From the IMG/VR virus record IMGVR_UViG_2802429240_000008: a stretch of 44,891 bases of DNA. The stretch is one strand, 5' to 3'. Positions 1 to 7,364 of the stretch are shown here, piece by piece. The notes beneath the pieces are model-generated. The model was not told where the DNA came from and ran no database searches. It was given only the letters and a program-made list of their open reading frames with translations. This stretch comes from a virus. Lineage: Duplodnaviria; Heunggongvirae; Uroviricota; Caudoviricetes. Made by a program: the position numbers and the translations under genes. The first letter of the stretch is position 1; the number at the start of each line of letters is the position of its first letter.

Positions 1-1131
1 TCAAATAACCAGTTTTTTCCACTCCTTACCGCGTGCGTCGTTGTAAATATCGGTCATTTTTTGATTCGAATGACCCAGCAAAATTTTGGTATCAATTCCC
101 TGTTCTCTGAACAATCTTTCTGATAAAGATCTTTGCTCATGGAAAGAGGGTGGCGTGCCATTAGCACGCCAGTTGTAATCCACAGAATCCCGGGCTTTTT
201 TAAATGCGACTGTTAACGTTGCTGGTTTAACCATCCCGCCGCGCTTACCCATCCCCTTAGCGTGATGATGGTGCAATAACCACGGACTAAGGATGTAATC
301 ACGACAGGATGACACCACGTCACCCAGGGTAAGATTTAATTTGTCGCAACGCAGAGCCAGAGGAATGGCTATCCGGGCTCCTGTTTTTTGCTGTTCGACA
401 TGAAGGTAACCATCCCGGATATCCGAAAACTGCATTTTGCAAATATCCGAAAGACGCTGGCCCGTCATCAGTGCCAGCAGCATGCCGCGCTGTAAAAAGT
501 AACCATCCTTTTCCGCTGCGTTATAAATCATCATCCACTCATCAAAAGTCAGTCGCTGTCTTGATATCCGCACTTGCGGTTTTTTTGCCGATTCAGCCGG
601 GTTAAAGCCTGGCGGGACATCACCCGTTTGTTGAGCCTCCCGGAAAACATCGATCAATACCTTCCTGAAAATTTGTCCCATTCTGTTATGTCCCTTTGCC
701 TTGTATTCTTCCAGCACCGATACCACATCTTTTACGGTTATGGCATCTAGCGGCCTGGCTCCAAAACGTTCATCAAACACCCTGAGAGGAGCCGCTTTTT
801 GCTTCAGCGTGCTGAGTTTGATCTCTCCGTTCTCATATCTTTCCTGTTGAATTTTTCTGTAATTATTCAGAAAAATGGAAACGGTTGATGCGCCGCCGGT
901 ATCACTAATAATTTTCTCCTGCAGACTGAGCATTTGCTCCATTTGTTGTCTGGCAAGACGGCTGTTCGCTTCTGCTGCAATGGTTTCTGCCAGTTTCTGG
1001 TCAATACTGCCGAGTCCATGATTTTTACCTGTGATGGGATGCCTGTAACGCCAGTAAACTTTGTTATTTCTTTTGTCAAAATACGGAGATAAACCCGGAA
1101 CATCGGTTTTATATTTTCGCGGGCGCGCCAT
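1..1131 (-). CDS. int: Phage integrase, tyrosine recombinase family (376 aa)
   Basis: Complete ORF with stop at 1-3; C-terminal LLGHSNQKMTDIY box typical of tyrosine recombinases; its 5' end overlaps the upstream excisionase gene as in lambdoid int-xis pairs. Confidence 0.9.
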   Translation of the reverse strand: MARPRKYKTDVPGLSPYFDKRNNKVYWRYRHPITGKNHGLGSIDQKLAETIAAEANSRLARQQMEQMLSLQEKIISDTGGASTVSIFLNNYRKIQQERYENGEIKLSTLKQKAAPLRVFDERFGARPLDAITVKDVVSVLEEYKAKGHNRMGQIFRKVLIDVFREAQQTGDVPPGFNPAESAKKPQVRISRQRLTFDEWMMIYNAAEKDGYFLQRGMLLALMTGQRLSDICKMQFSDIRDGYLHVEQQKTGARIAIPLALRCDKLNLTLGDVVSSCRDYILSPWLLHHHHAKGMGKRGGMVKPATLTVAFKKARDSVDYNWRANGTPPSFHEQRSLSERLFREQGIDTKILLGHSNQKMTDIYNDARGKEWKKLVI

Positions 1132-1357
1132 CTTCCAGTATCCTCTTCAAAGCAGGGTGATCTGTGGCGATCACCTCAGGCTTGTTTACCATTCCGACAA
1201 AGCGAGCGCGTGGATCCACTCGCCAGTGCCTTCCTACTTTTTTGGGGAGAGGAAATATCATTCCGGCTTTAGCGTATTTACTTAACGTACCCGGAGTAGG
1301 GACCGGTTCACTGAATTCCTCTTTTGCCCACTCAGTGAGCAGAATAAGTCTTGCCAT
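1109..1357 (-). CDS. xis: Excisionase-like small DNA-binding protein (82 aa)
   Basis: Small basic ORF immediately upstream of and overlapping int; size and position as for phage Xis. Confidence 0.65.
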   Translation of the reverse strand: MARLILLTEWAKEEFSEPVPTPGTLSKYAKAGMIFPLPKKVGRHWRVDPRARFVGMVNKPEVIATDHPALKRILEDGAPAKI

Positions 1358-1421
1358 GAGCGTCGTTCGCTAATCATGGTCGCCGCCACTATAGCTGGTG
1401 GGCGACGACCGGGGTTGAACA

Positions 1422-3893
1422 TTAAAAATCAGCCTGATTCGGGATCAGTTTTTGCCAGATAGCTGAAACGTATTTTGCCTGGTAACGGGCGTCATCAAGT
1501 GCATTATGGCGCTCACCTTCGAATGGGATAGCAGTTCTGGCATCGAAGTCTATGGCTTTCCCCAGCTCAACGATTGTGCGTACATCGCGATCGTTGTGGT
1601 AGCGCCACGGGCAGGGGATCCCCTGTCGTTCGTATGAACGGCGTAAAATCACGTTGTCGAAGTTGGCTCCATTTCCCCAGACCTGGACAAAAAATTCACC
1701 GGAGTTTTCGTCGATAAATTCCCGCAATTGCAGTAGTGCATCATCTAACGGAATTTCATCGGTCAGAAGGGCAGATTGCGTCTCACGTGATTGCTTAAGC
1801 CACCATTTAATGACGTCACGATCAATGACTCCGCCAGCAGTATTCAGATCGATGGTCTTGCTAAATTCCGGCCCCATATCTCCGGTTTGTGGATCGAAAA
1901 ATATTGCGCCTATTGAGATAATCGGGGCATCGGGATTTTTTCCCATGGTTTCAAGGTCGATCATCAGATGAATCCCCGCTCTGCTGGTGGATGTGAGATT
2001 ATGATGACTGTTCGCCTTAATTAAGGGATCTGACGCCTCGCCAGTTTCACTATCGCTGGCATGATGCTGATTGCCGCCAGGGTTCTCCTTGTGCTGATGT
2101 GCAGTACCTTCCATTTCCTCCGGATCATTTTCCTGAACTTCAACCTGATTCTCTTCATCGAATGTTTCCTGGTATGTTGCGTCGCCCATCACCGCGCCAC
2201 AATCAGGGCAGCTACCGCCGCCGGTCTGACCGCAGGCGGTGCAGGCTTTTTCCGGCTCCTGTTGCGCTACTGGTTCAACCTGTTTCGTTTCTGGCTCGTT
2301 TTGTTGCGCATTTGGGCTGTTTTGTTCCGTTTTCTGGTCGTTCTGTTCCGATTCTTGCTGGTTCTGGTTTACAGAATCGCGGGTTTCAATCCCCTTCACC
2401 CATTTCGGATCATTCGGGTCGCTAATCCCTGCAACAAATTCTCCGCGAGAGGCAGCAAGCAACTTATCGGCGTCAGGCTGGCTGATATTGGCTGCCTGCA
2501 TAATTTTGTTTACTTCCTCAGCGGTAACTTTTACCGGCTCTGGTTGTGCGGTCGTGTCAGATGCACCAGTATTTTGTTGTGAACCTGAGTATGTACCGTT
2601 TTTGCGGGCAAAATATTCTTCTTTCGTGATTTCAGTAGCCCCTGCAGTCAGCGCCTTATTCAGACCAGAAAGTTTGTTTGCGCGACCATATTTTTCGCCA
2701 TCCTTATCTGTGAAGAGGAAGTAGAACGGCCCCTCACGCTCTACAGATGGTTCGACTTCCACTTTGCATTCGGTTTTTTCGTTGTCCGGAATTGCCGTTT
2801 CCACTGCATCAGTTTCTGGTACTGGCGACGAGAGAGTATCAGTTGCGCTCTGATTTGTTCCTTCATCTTCAAACACGCCCTTTGTAGTCAGGTATTCAGT
2901 AATGTATTTGTTCAGTGCCACAGGGTCTTTGTGAATGTCGATCGGACGTTCACGGACAAGGCCAAAAATAGTCTGGCGGTCGTAGCGAAGGGCATCAGGC
3001 TGTTTGCGCATTGATGCCGAGATACGCTTCCAGTCTTCGCGGTCGTTGTCGATAACTTCATTTTTTGCCCAGCGATGGATGCTGCCGTCAATGTTTCCGG
3101 CATCAATGTCACCAGGCCACAGAGCGTAGGCCAGTTCATCATCCAGTGTTTTCCATGTCTGTTTGTATTCGCGACGAATGGTGGCAGTGGCTGGGGGGAT
3201 TTTCGCTACTGAGTTTTCAGTGTTCTGCCGGTTGACTCTGGCGCAGGCAAGATCAACAACAGACGTGTATTTCCCGGTTTCTTTGCGTTCGGCTTCGCGA
3301 CGTTTTTTCCAGGTGCGTAATTCTGTCTGGATCTCAGGCCATTTTGCACCCGGCTTACATTTATGTTTAACCCACCCGATGGCGAGCAGCTTAAGCTCTG
3401 AATACATGACGTTAACTTCAGGCATTTTCATCAATGCCTCAACGATATGCCCGTCGAATGTTGCCATGTCCTCCTGCAGTAATTCCTGAGCACTAATCAC
3501 CATATCAACGGTGATGTTTTCACATGTACCGAACTTAACCAGGACCGCGTTCTGTACTTCAAGTGACAGCTTGTCAAAATTGACGTTCATCGGATCGGAT
3601 TCTGGTTCGACCGGAATAAAGGAAGCGGATTCCTCATCCCAGCGGTTTTCCTGCATATATTCGGTATCCCAGGAGTCGATAGCAGGACGGGGCATGCCGG
3701 GTTTATCCTCGCAGACAAGAAATTTATAAGCGCAGTCCTGAGCAGCCGGATATTGCTCCAGGAATTGCCAGGTAAATTTGGCACGGGCGCGGCGTTCGTC
3801 ACCGGCTTCAATGGCAGTGGCTACAGCAACTGCACCTTCTTCCTTTATTGCCTGTTCGTCCGGAATGGCGGCGCAAATAAAGACTTTACTCAT
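1422..3893 (-). CDS. RecE-like exonuclease (823 aa): RecE-type N-terminal/central region fused to a C-terminal DnaQ-like DEDDh 3'-5' exonuclease domain
   Basis: Central segment (DKLLAASRGEFVAGISDPNDPKWVKGI...ACTACGQTGGGSCPDCGAVMGDATYQETFDEENQVE) matches my memory of Rac RecE; C-terminal part has DEDDh motifs (MIDLETMG, WGNGANFDNV, HNALDDARY); ATG at 3891-3893 with upstream GAGG. Confidence 0.75.
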   Translation of the reverse strand: MSKVFICAAIPDEQAIKEEGAVAVATAIEAGDERRARAKFTWQFLEQYPAAQDCAYKFLVCEDKPGMPRPAIDSWDTEYMQENRWDEESASFIPVEPESDPMNVNFDKLSLEVQNAVLVKFGTCENITVDMVISAQELLQEDMATFDGHIVEALMKMPEVNVMYSELKLLAIGWVKHKCKPGAKWPEIQTELRTWKKRREAERKETGKYTSVVDLACARVNRQNTENSVAKIPPATATIRREYKQTWKTLDDELAYALWPGDIDAGNIDGSIHRWAKNEVIDNDREDWKRISASMRKQPDALRYDRQTIFGLVRERPIDIHKDPVALNKYITEYLTTKGVFEDEGTNQSATDTLSSPVPETDAVETAIPDNEKTECKVEVEPSVEREGPFYFLFTDKDGEKYGRANKLSGLNKALTAGATEITKEEYFARKNGTYSGSQQNTGASDTTAQPEPVKVTAEEVNKIMQAANISQPDADKLLAASRGEFVAGISDPNDPKWVKGIETRDSVNQNQQESEQNDQKTEQNSPNAQQNEPETKQVEPVAQQEPEKACTACGQTGGGSCPDCGAVMGDATYQETFDEENQVEVQENDPEEMEGTAHQHKENPGGNQHHASDSETGEASDPLIKANSHHNLTSTSRAGIHLMIDLETMGKNPDAPIISIGAIFFDPQTGDMGPEFSKTIDLNTAGGVIDRDVIKWWLKQSRETQSALLTDEIPLDDALLQLREFIDENSGEFFVQVWGNGANFDNVILRRSYERQGIPCPWRYHNDRDVRTIVELGKAIDFDARTAIPFEGERHNALDDARYQAKYVSAIWQKLIPNQADF

Positions 3894-4016
3894 TTTGTTT
3901 TAACCTCATTACAGATTTAAGGATGAACAAATCCCTGCCATTGCTGGCATATAAGAATCAAATCTGATGTATTCATTAAGCTGAATGTCGTATTGTGGCA
4001 GTTATTTTATTACTGC

Positions 4017-4238
4017 TCACCATGACTCTGCTTTTACAGGTAAACCATCACGACCAAGGAAGACTTTAATCATGGTTTCCTTAATACAGTGTTGTGTGGA
4101 AAAATCACGAATATAGAGCCGTTGTTTTTTAATGTTGTTTACCGAAGCAATATATGTTCTTCCTTTATGAATAACATAATCACCGGGAGTCACGCACTGA
4201 CGAGGAATCTCATCAGTTCCGAAGTGATGAGCAATCAT
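4017..4238 (-). CDS. kilR: Kil-like cell-division inhibitor (KilR family, 73 aa from second ATG)
   Basis: [22 protein letters not shown]... resembles Rac KilR as I recall it; the internal ATG at 4236-4238 has a GGAGA RBS 6 nt upstream, whereas the track ORF start at 4250 has none. Confidence 0.5.
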   Translation of the reverse strand: MIAHHFGTDEIPRQCVTPGDYVIHKGRTYIASVNNIKKQRLYIRDFSTQHCIKETMIKVFLGRDGLPVKAESW

Positions 4239-4412
4239 AATTATCTCCATTTTTACAAATGAACTTTGTTGATGCGGTGCCTGGTGCCTCCAGGTGACGT
4301 TAACCAGTTAACAATTAACGCCGGATACAGAGAATCCACCCATAACACTGTTTTTGGTTTTAACTGTTCCGCGTGCGCTTAGCCGCATTCACCGCATCAC
4401 AAAATTCACTTT

Positions 4413-4470
4413 AAAAAGGGCGGCAGAGCAGTCACGGAGTAAAACTGATTCCGCCAAACGCCACCAGAAA
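4413..4470 (-). ncRNA. dicF: DicF small RNA (53 nt, 4418-4470) plus 3' U-tract
   Basis: Reverse complement of 4418-4470 is TTTCTGGTGGCGTTTGGCGGAATCAGTTTTACTCCGTGACTGCTCTGCCGCCC, about 2 mismatches from the E. coli K-12 DicF sequence as I remember it, followed by TTTTT; located downstream of small dicB-operon-like ORFs. Confidence 0.8.
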
Positions 4471-4804
4471 ATTGATAACAGAGGGCGTTGTAGCGGGGGT
4501 GTCACTTAAGCGTATGGTCAACCTGACAACCCGGTGTCCTCAACGGGGAAGGAATAACCCCGCCATACTTACCGCCGCGCCATTTCGCGGAGTGCCACAA
4601 CCGGAAGCGCACGGTCGACGAAAATTTAACGACAGGCTATCTATGAACCAGCAACCTCGCCGTGCGCTTTCGTGTTATGGTCTGACTTTTCAGGGAAATA
4701 TCCTTTCAGTAAACTGTCAGTGCCGGATGCTCACCCGTGTCCGGCGCACGCACTCCACCTCACCCGTGGAGAACTCCTTAATCACCAACCCTCAGGAGGG
4801 TGAA

Positions 4805-5080
4805 ATGTCGACTGAAAATGATGAAATCATTAACTCCCTGATACGCCAGATTAATAATTTTGATAAAGCATTGCAGCATGCTGCGGCGCGTAGTGATATA
4901 ACTCTTTTAGCAATTTCATTTCTTGCATCTGTTATGGATAAAAATGAAGTCGTACGACAGAGTCTTGTTGATTATATCGACTCGCTTCAACCCGGCACTT
5001 TCAATCATGAGAGCTTCAATCATGAGAAAGAGCATGTTAAATCTGTTATTAATTCTCTTGTTTTGAATCAAAATAATTAA
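4805..5080 (+). CDS. Hypothetical protein (91 aa), AT-rich accessory gene
   Basis: ATG at 4805 preceded by AGGAGGG RBS; opposite strand to the surrounding leftward operon; the track ORF 4472-5080 extends upstream only because there is no in-frame stop and would run across dicF. Confidence 0.45.
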   Translation: MSTENDEIINSLIRQINNFDKALQHAAARSDITLLAISFLASVMDKNEVVRQSLVDYIDSLQPGTFNHESFNHEKEHVKSVINSLVLNQNN

Positions 5081-5378
5081 TGCTTTTTGTTGCAAAGTAA
5101 TTTTCAAGGGGTTCTATTCGAATCCCTTTCTTTTTCATTAACAAGCCAAACCCCTTATCAATGATGTTCATTAATTCCAGGAAGTATTTTTCATGCAAAT
5201 CCTGGTTATCAGAGAGTTGCTTCTCTTCGTACAACCCGATAAAGGCGCGACGCACGTTACCGGATATATTATCGATGGTTTCTTTTTCTACGGTACTCAG
5301 GTCAAGAGTCGCCAGTTGGGAACGAACTATATTCGCTGCCATTTCCTGGAATGGTATTGGTAAATCTTTAAATTCCAT
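5049..5378 (-). CDS. Hypothetical protein (109 aa from MEFKDL...)
   Basis: ORF in the leftward immunity operon; internal ATG at 5376-5378 has GAGG RBS; 3' end overlaps convergently with the 4805-5080 ORF by about 30 nt. Confidence 0.5.
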   Translation of the reverse strand: MEFKDLPIPFQEMAANIVRSQLATLDLSTVEKETIDNISGNVRRAFIGLYEEKQLSDNQDLHEKYFLELMNIIDKGFGLLMKKKGIRIEPLENYFATKSINYFDSKQEN

Positions 5379-5393
5379 CGTCAACCTCATCAG

Positions 5394-5609
5394 TCAGTAG
5401 TTTTCAATCACTCGTGAAACGTTTAATGCCGCGCTTTTTGCCAGAGTGGTAATATCCTGCTCCGCTGACGCCAGTTCTTTAGAGAGGCGCTCTTTATAGT
5501 CAGCAGCCCGCTTCAGGTCATTAATGGCGCGTATCTTCCCGCACATCCATTCGTAAATTTCATCATCGGTATAGCCTGGTGCGATGATGATGGGTTCTGG
5601 TTTCTGCAT
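5394..5609 (-). CDS. Small hypothetical protein (71 aa), YdfC-like position
   Basis: ATG at 5607-5609 with GAGGA RBS 8 nt upstream; third small ORF downstream of the dicA-like repressor. Confidence 0.55.
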   Translation of the reverse strand: MQKPEPIIIAPGYTDDEIYEWMCGKIRAINDLKRAADYKERLSKELASAEQDITTLAKSAALNVSRVIENY

Positions 5610-5638
5610 ACTGATTCCTCGCGGTGCTGCTTCGCTTA

Positions 5639-5767
5639 TCAGCCGTTAGATTTTGCCGAGCTGGAAAGCGCCTGTTTAAACTCACTGAAGCTGAGAGCTT
5701 CTTCGCCTTCGGCAAGGCCTTCGAAGTATTCTTCGTAAGCCTTTTCCATGATTGTGTCGAAATCCAT
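5639..5767 (-). CDS. Small acidic protein (42 aa, MDFDTIMEKAYEEYFEGLAEGEEALSFSEFKQALSSSAKSNG), YdfB-like position
   Basis: ORF below the track threshold found by manual translation of the minus strand; tightly packed between neighbouring minus-strand ORFs. Confidence 0.4.
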   Translation of the reverse strand: MDFDTIMEKAYEEYFEGLAEGEEALSFSEFKQALSSSAKSNG

Positions 5768-5768
5768 A

Positions 5769-5924
5769 TCACTCACCTGAGTTTCTTTCCAGCCAGCGAC
5801 GGGCACCATTTTCGGTTTTAAACGTTTTGCTTTTGGTATACGTCATCGCGGTGAACGTGCCGTCCTGGTTGGGAAACACGCCGCACACCAGAGATTCGTT
5901 GTTGCCAAGATCGATAGTATCCAT
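5769..5924 (-). CDS. Small protein (51 aa, MDTIDLGNNESLV...), YdfA-like position
   Basis: Internal ATG at 5922-5924 with GAGG RBS 6 nt upstream; the longer track ORF start at 6017 lies inside the predicted promoter/operator. Confidence 0.45.
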   Translation of the reverse strand: MDTIDLGNNESLVCGVFPNQDGTFTAMTYTKSKTFKTENGARRWLERNSGE

Positions 5925-5995
5925 GCTGACCTCATTTCCCCTTAACGCCGGGGGAGCGGAACTGTTTGCTGAGAACACCGTGCGGTGTCTTGATG

Positions 5996-6056
5996 GATGA
6001 TAATTTAGTTTTCTCATGAAAATTGGTCAAGAGTTTTTGGTGAGAAAACTCAATAT
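5996..6056 (-). promoter_or_regulatory. Candidate leftward promoter (TTGACC-N17-TAAATT on minus strand) flanked by two repressor-operator-like inverted motifs
   Basis: Minus strand reads TTGAGTTTTCTCACC..CTCTTGACCAATTTTCATGAGAAAACTAAATT; motif GAGAAAACT occurs at 6041-6052 and inverted at 6007-6016, and again at 6575-6588. Confidence 0.4.
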
Positions 6057-6116
6057 TTAATACAAAATAAAGCCAATACATTGAAATGTAAGGCTTTAAA
6101 ATTTGTGAAGGGGGGG

Positions 6117-6524
6117 TTATTGATGTTTGTTACGTTTGCGAGCTTCTAGTAGCTCGGTGAATAGGCGATTAAAATTCTCAACGCGGGCACGGAGTTCGCT
6201 GATTTGTGCTTGCTGCTCTGATTTTGGAAGTGCGCGATACAATCGCAACATCTCCAACTCATCTTCCGATAAGTCTAAGGCGCTGTTGAGTGCAACTGGT
6301 GGATCTGGTGTTTTATCCTCGTCACCAAACAGTATCCAAGTTGGTGAACATTGCAATACCTCAGCCAGGCGATGCAAATTTTGCCCGCGCGGGGCTGTAT
6401 GGTCGCTTTCCCATAGTGAAATTGATGAGCCAGATACGCCAGCAGCTTTGCTTAAATCGTTTTGACTTAAACCAACCTGTTTGCGTCTTTCTCTAATTCG
6501 TTGACCTAAAGTTTTCTCGTTCAT
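6117..6524 (-). CDS. dicA: DicA-like HTH (XRE family) prophage repressor, 135 aa
   Basis: N-terminal HTH (LGQRIRERRKQVGLSQNDLSKAAGVSGSSISLWE) and C-terminal LQCSPTWILFGDEDK...ELRARVENFNRLFTELLEARKRN closely resemble E. coli DicA as I recall it; same length; divergent from a Cro-like gene. Confidence 0.85.
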   Translation of the reverse strand: MNEKTLGQRIRERRKQVGLSQNDLSKAAGVSGSSISLWESDHTAPRGQNLHRLAEVLQCSPTWILFGDEDKTPDPPVALNSALDLSEDELEMLRLYRALPKSEQQAQISELRARVENFNRLFTELLEARKRNKHQ

Positions 6525-6601
6525 ATTTAGATATCTTAATAACCCTTGACTTGAGATTCCTTGAGTGATTACTATTGAGAAAACTCAACTTTGGAGGGGT
6601 G
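6525..6601. promoter_or_regulatory. Divergent promoter / operator region between the dicA-like and dicC-like genes
   Basis: Contains TTGACT (6546-6551) and the inverted repeat TTGAGAAAACTCAA (6575-6588) just upstream of the dicC-like start. Confidence 0.4.
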
Positions 6602-6829
6602 ATGTTTAAATCAGACGTAATTAATTTTTATGGGACGAAAGCCAAAGTAGCAAAAGCTGCTGGTGTTGATCCATCTGCTGTTTCTCAATGGGGGGAACTG
6701 GTTCCTGAAGGTCGCGCGATGCGCCTGCAAGAGGCATCCGGCGGGGAACTTCAGTACGACCCCAAAGTTTATGACGAATATCGTAAGGCAAAGCGGGCGG
6801 GGCGGTTGAACAATGAAAATCACCCCTGA
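6602..6829 (+). CDS. dicC: DicC/YdaS-type Cro-like regulator (75 aa)
   Basis: ATG at 6602 just downstream of GGAGG; C-terminal PEGRAMRLQEASGGELQYDPKVY...RAGRLNNENH resembles DicC as I recall it; divergent from the repressor gene. Confidence 0.65.
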   Translation: MFKSDVINFYGTKAKVAKAAGVDPSAVSQWGELVPEGRAMRLQEASGGELQYDPKVYDEYRKAKRAGRLNNENHP

Positions 6830-7364
6830 ACAGGTTTGTGAGGCTCTGGATGCCTGGGTATGCCGACCAGGAATGACACAGGAGCAGGCGACGATATTAA
6901 TCACGGAAGCATTCTGGGCTCTGAAAGAACGCCCGAACATCGATGTTCAACGCGTCACGTTTAATGATGGCGAGGTTGATCAACGGGCGCTGGGCGTTAA
7001 CCGGGTGAAGATATTCGAACGCTGGAAAGCTATCGACACCAGGGATAAGCGGGAAAAATTCACGGCGCTGATTCCGGCAATTATGGAGGCTATCCGGATC
7101 AGCGATTTCAGGTTGTATTGTGAAATTACTGACGGAAAAAGCATTACGTACATGATCGCCGGGTTAAACAAAGAATATGGCGATGTGGTGGAGTCCGGGC
7201 TGCTTTTTGCGGATCCATCTGTTGTGGAACGTGAGACTGACGAGCTTATAGAAAAAGCTATTGCTTTCAAGCATGCGTATCGTCAGCAATATCAATATTA
7301 CTTTGCAGATAAACAAATGTCTGCCAGGGGTTCGTATGAGTATCGATGCACTACGATGGGCTAA
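6813..7364 (+). CDS. Hypothetical early protein (183 aa), possibly YdaT/CII-like
   Basis: ORF directly after the cro-like gene with short overlaps at both ends; family assignment is tentative, from memory only. Confidence 0.45.
   Translation: MKITPEQVCEALDAWVCRPGMTQEQATILITEAFWALKERPNIDVQRVTFNDGEVDQRALGVNRVKIFERWKAIDTRDKREKFTALIPAIMEAIRISDFRLYCEITDGKSITYMIAGLNKEYGDVVESGLLFADPSVVERETDELIEKAIAFKHAYRQQYQYYFADKQMSARGSYEYRCTTMG

Noticed and set aside
2061-2724. Three overlapping plus-strand ORFs (108-173 aa) within the recE-like gene
   Set aside because: Antisense to a well-supported gene; hydrophobic or Arg-rich artefacts of the repetitive Gln/Glu-rich coding region
4472-4804. Upstream two-thirds of the 202-aa ORF 4472-5080
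   Set aside because: It overlaps the region antisense to DicF and has no start signal; the only credible start is the ATG at 4805 with an AGGAGGG RBS
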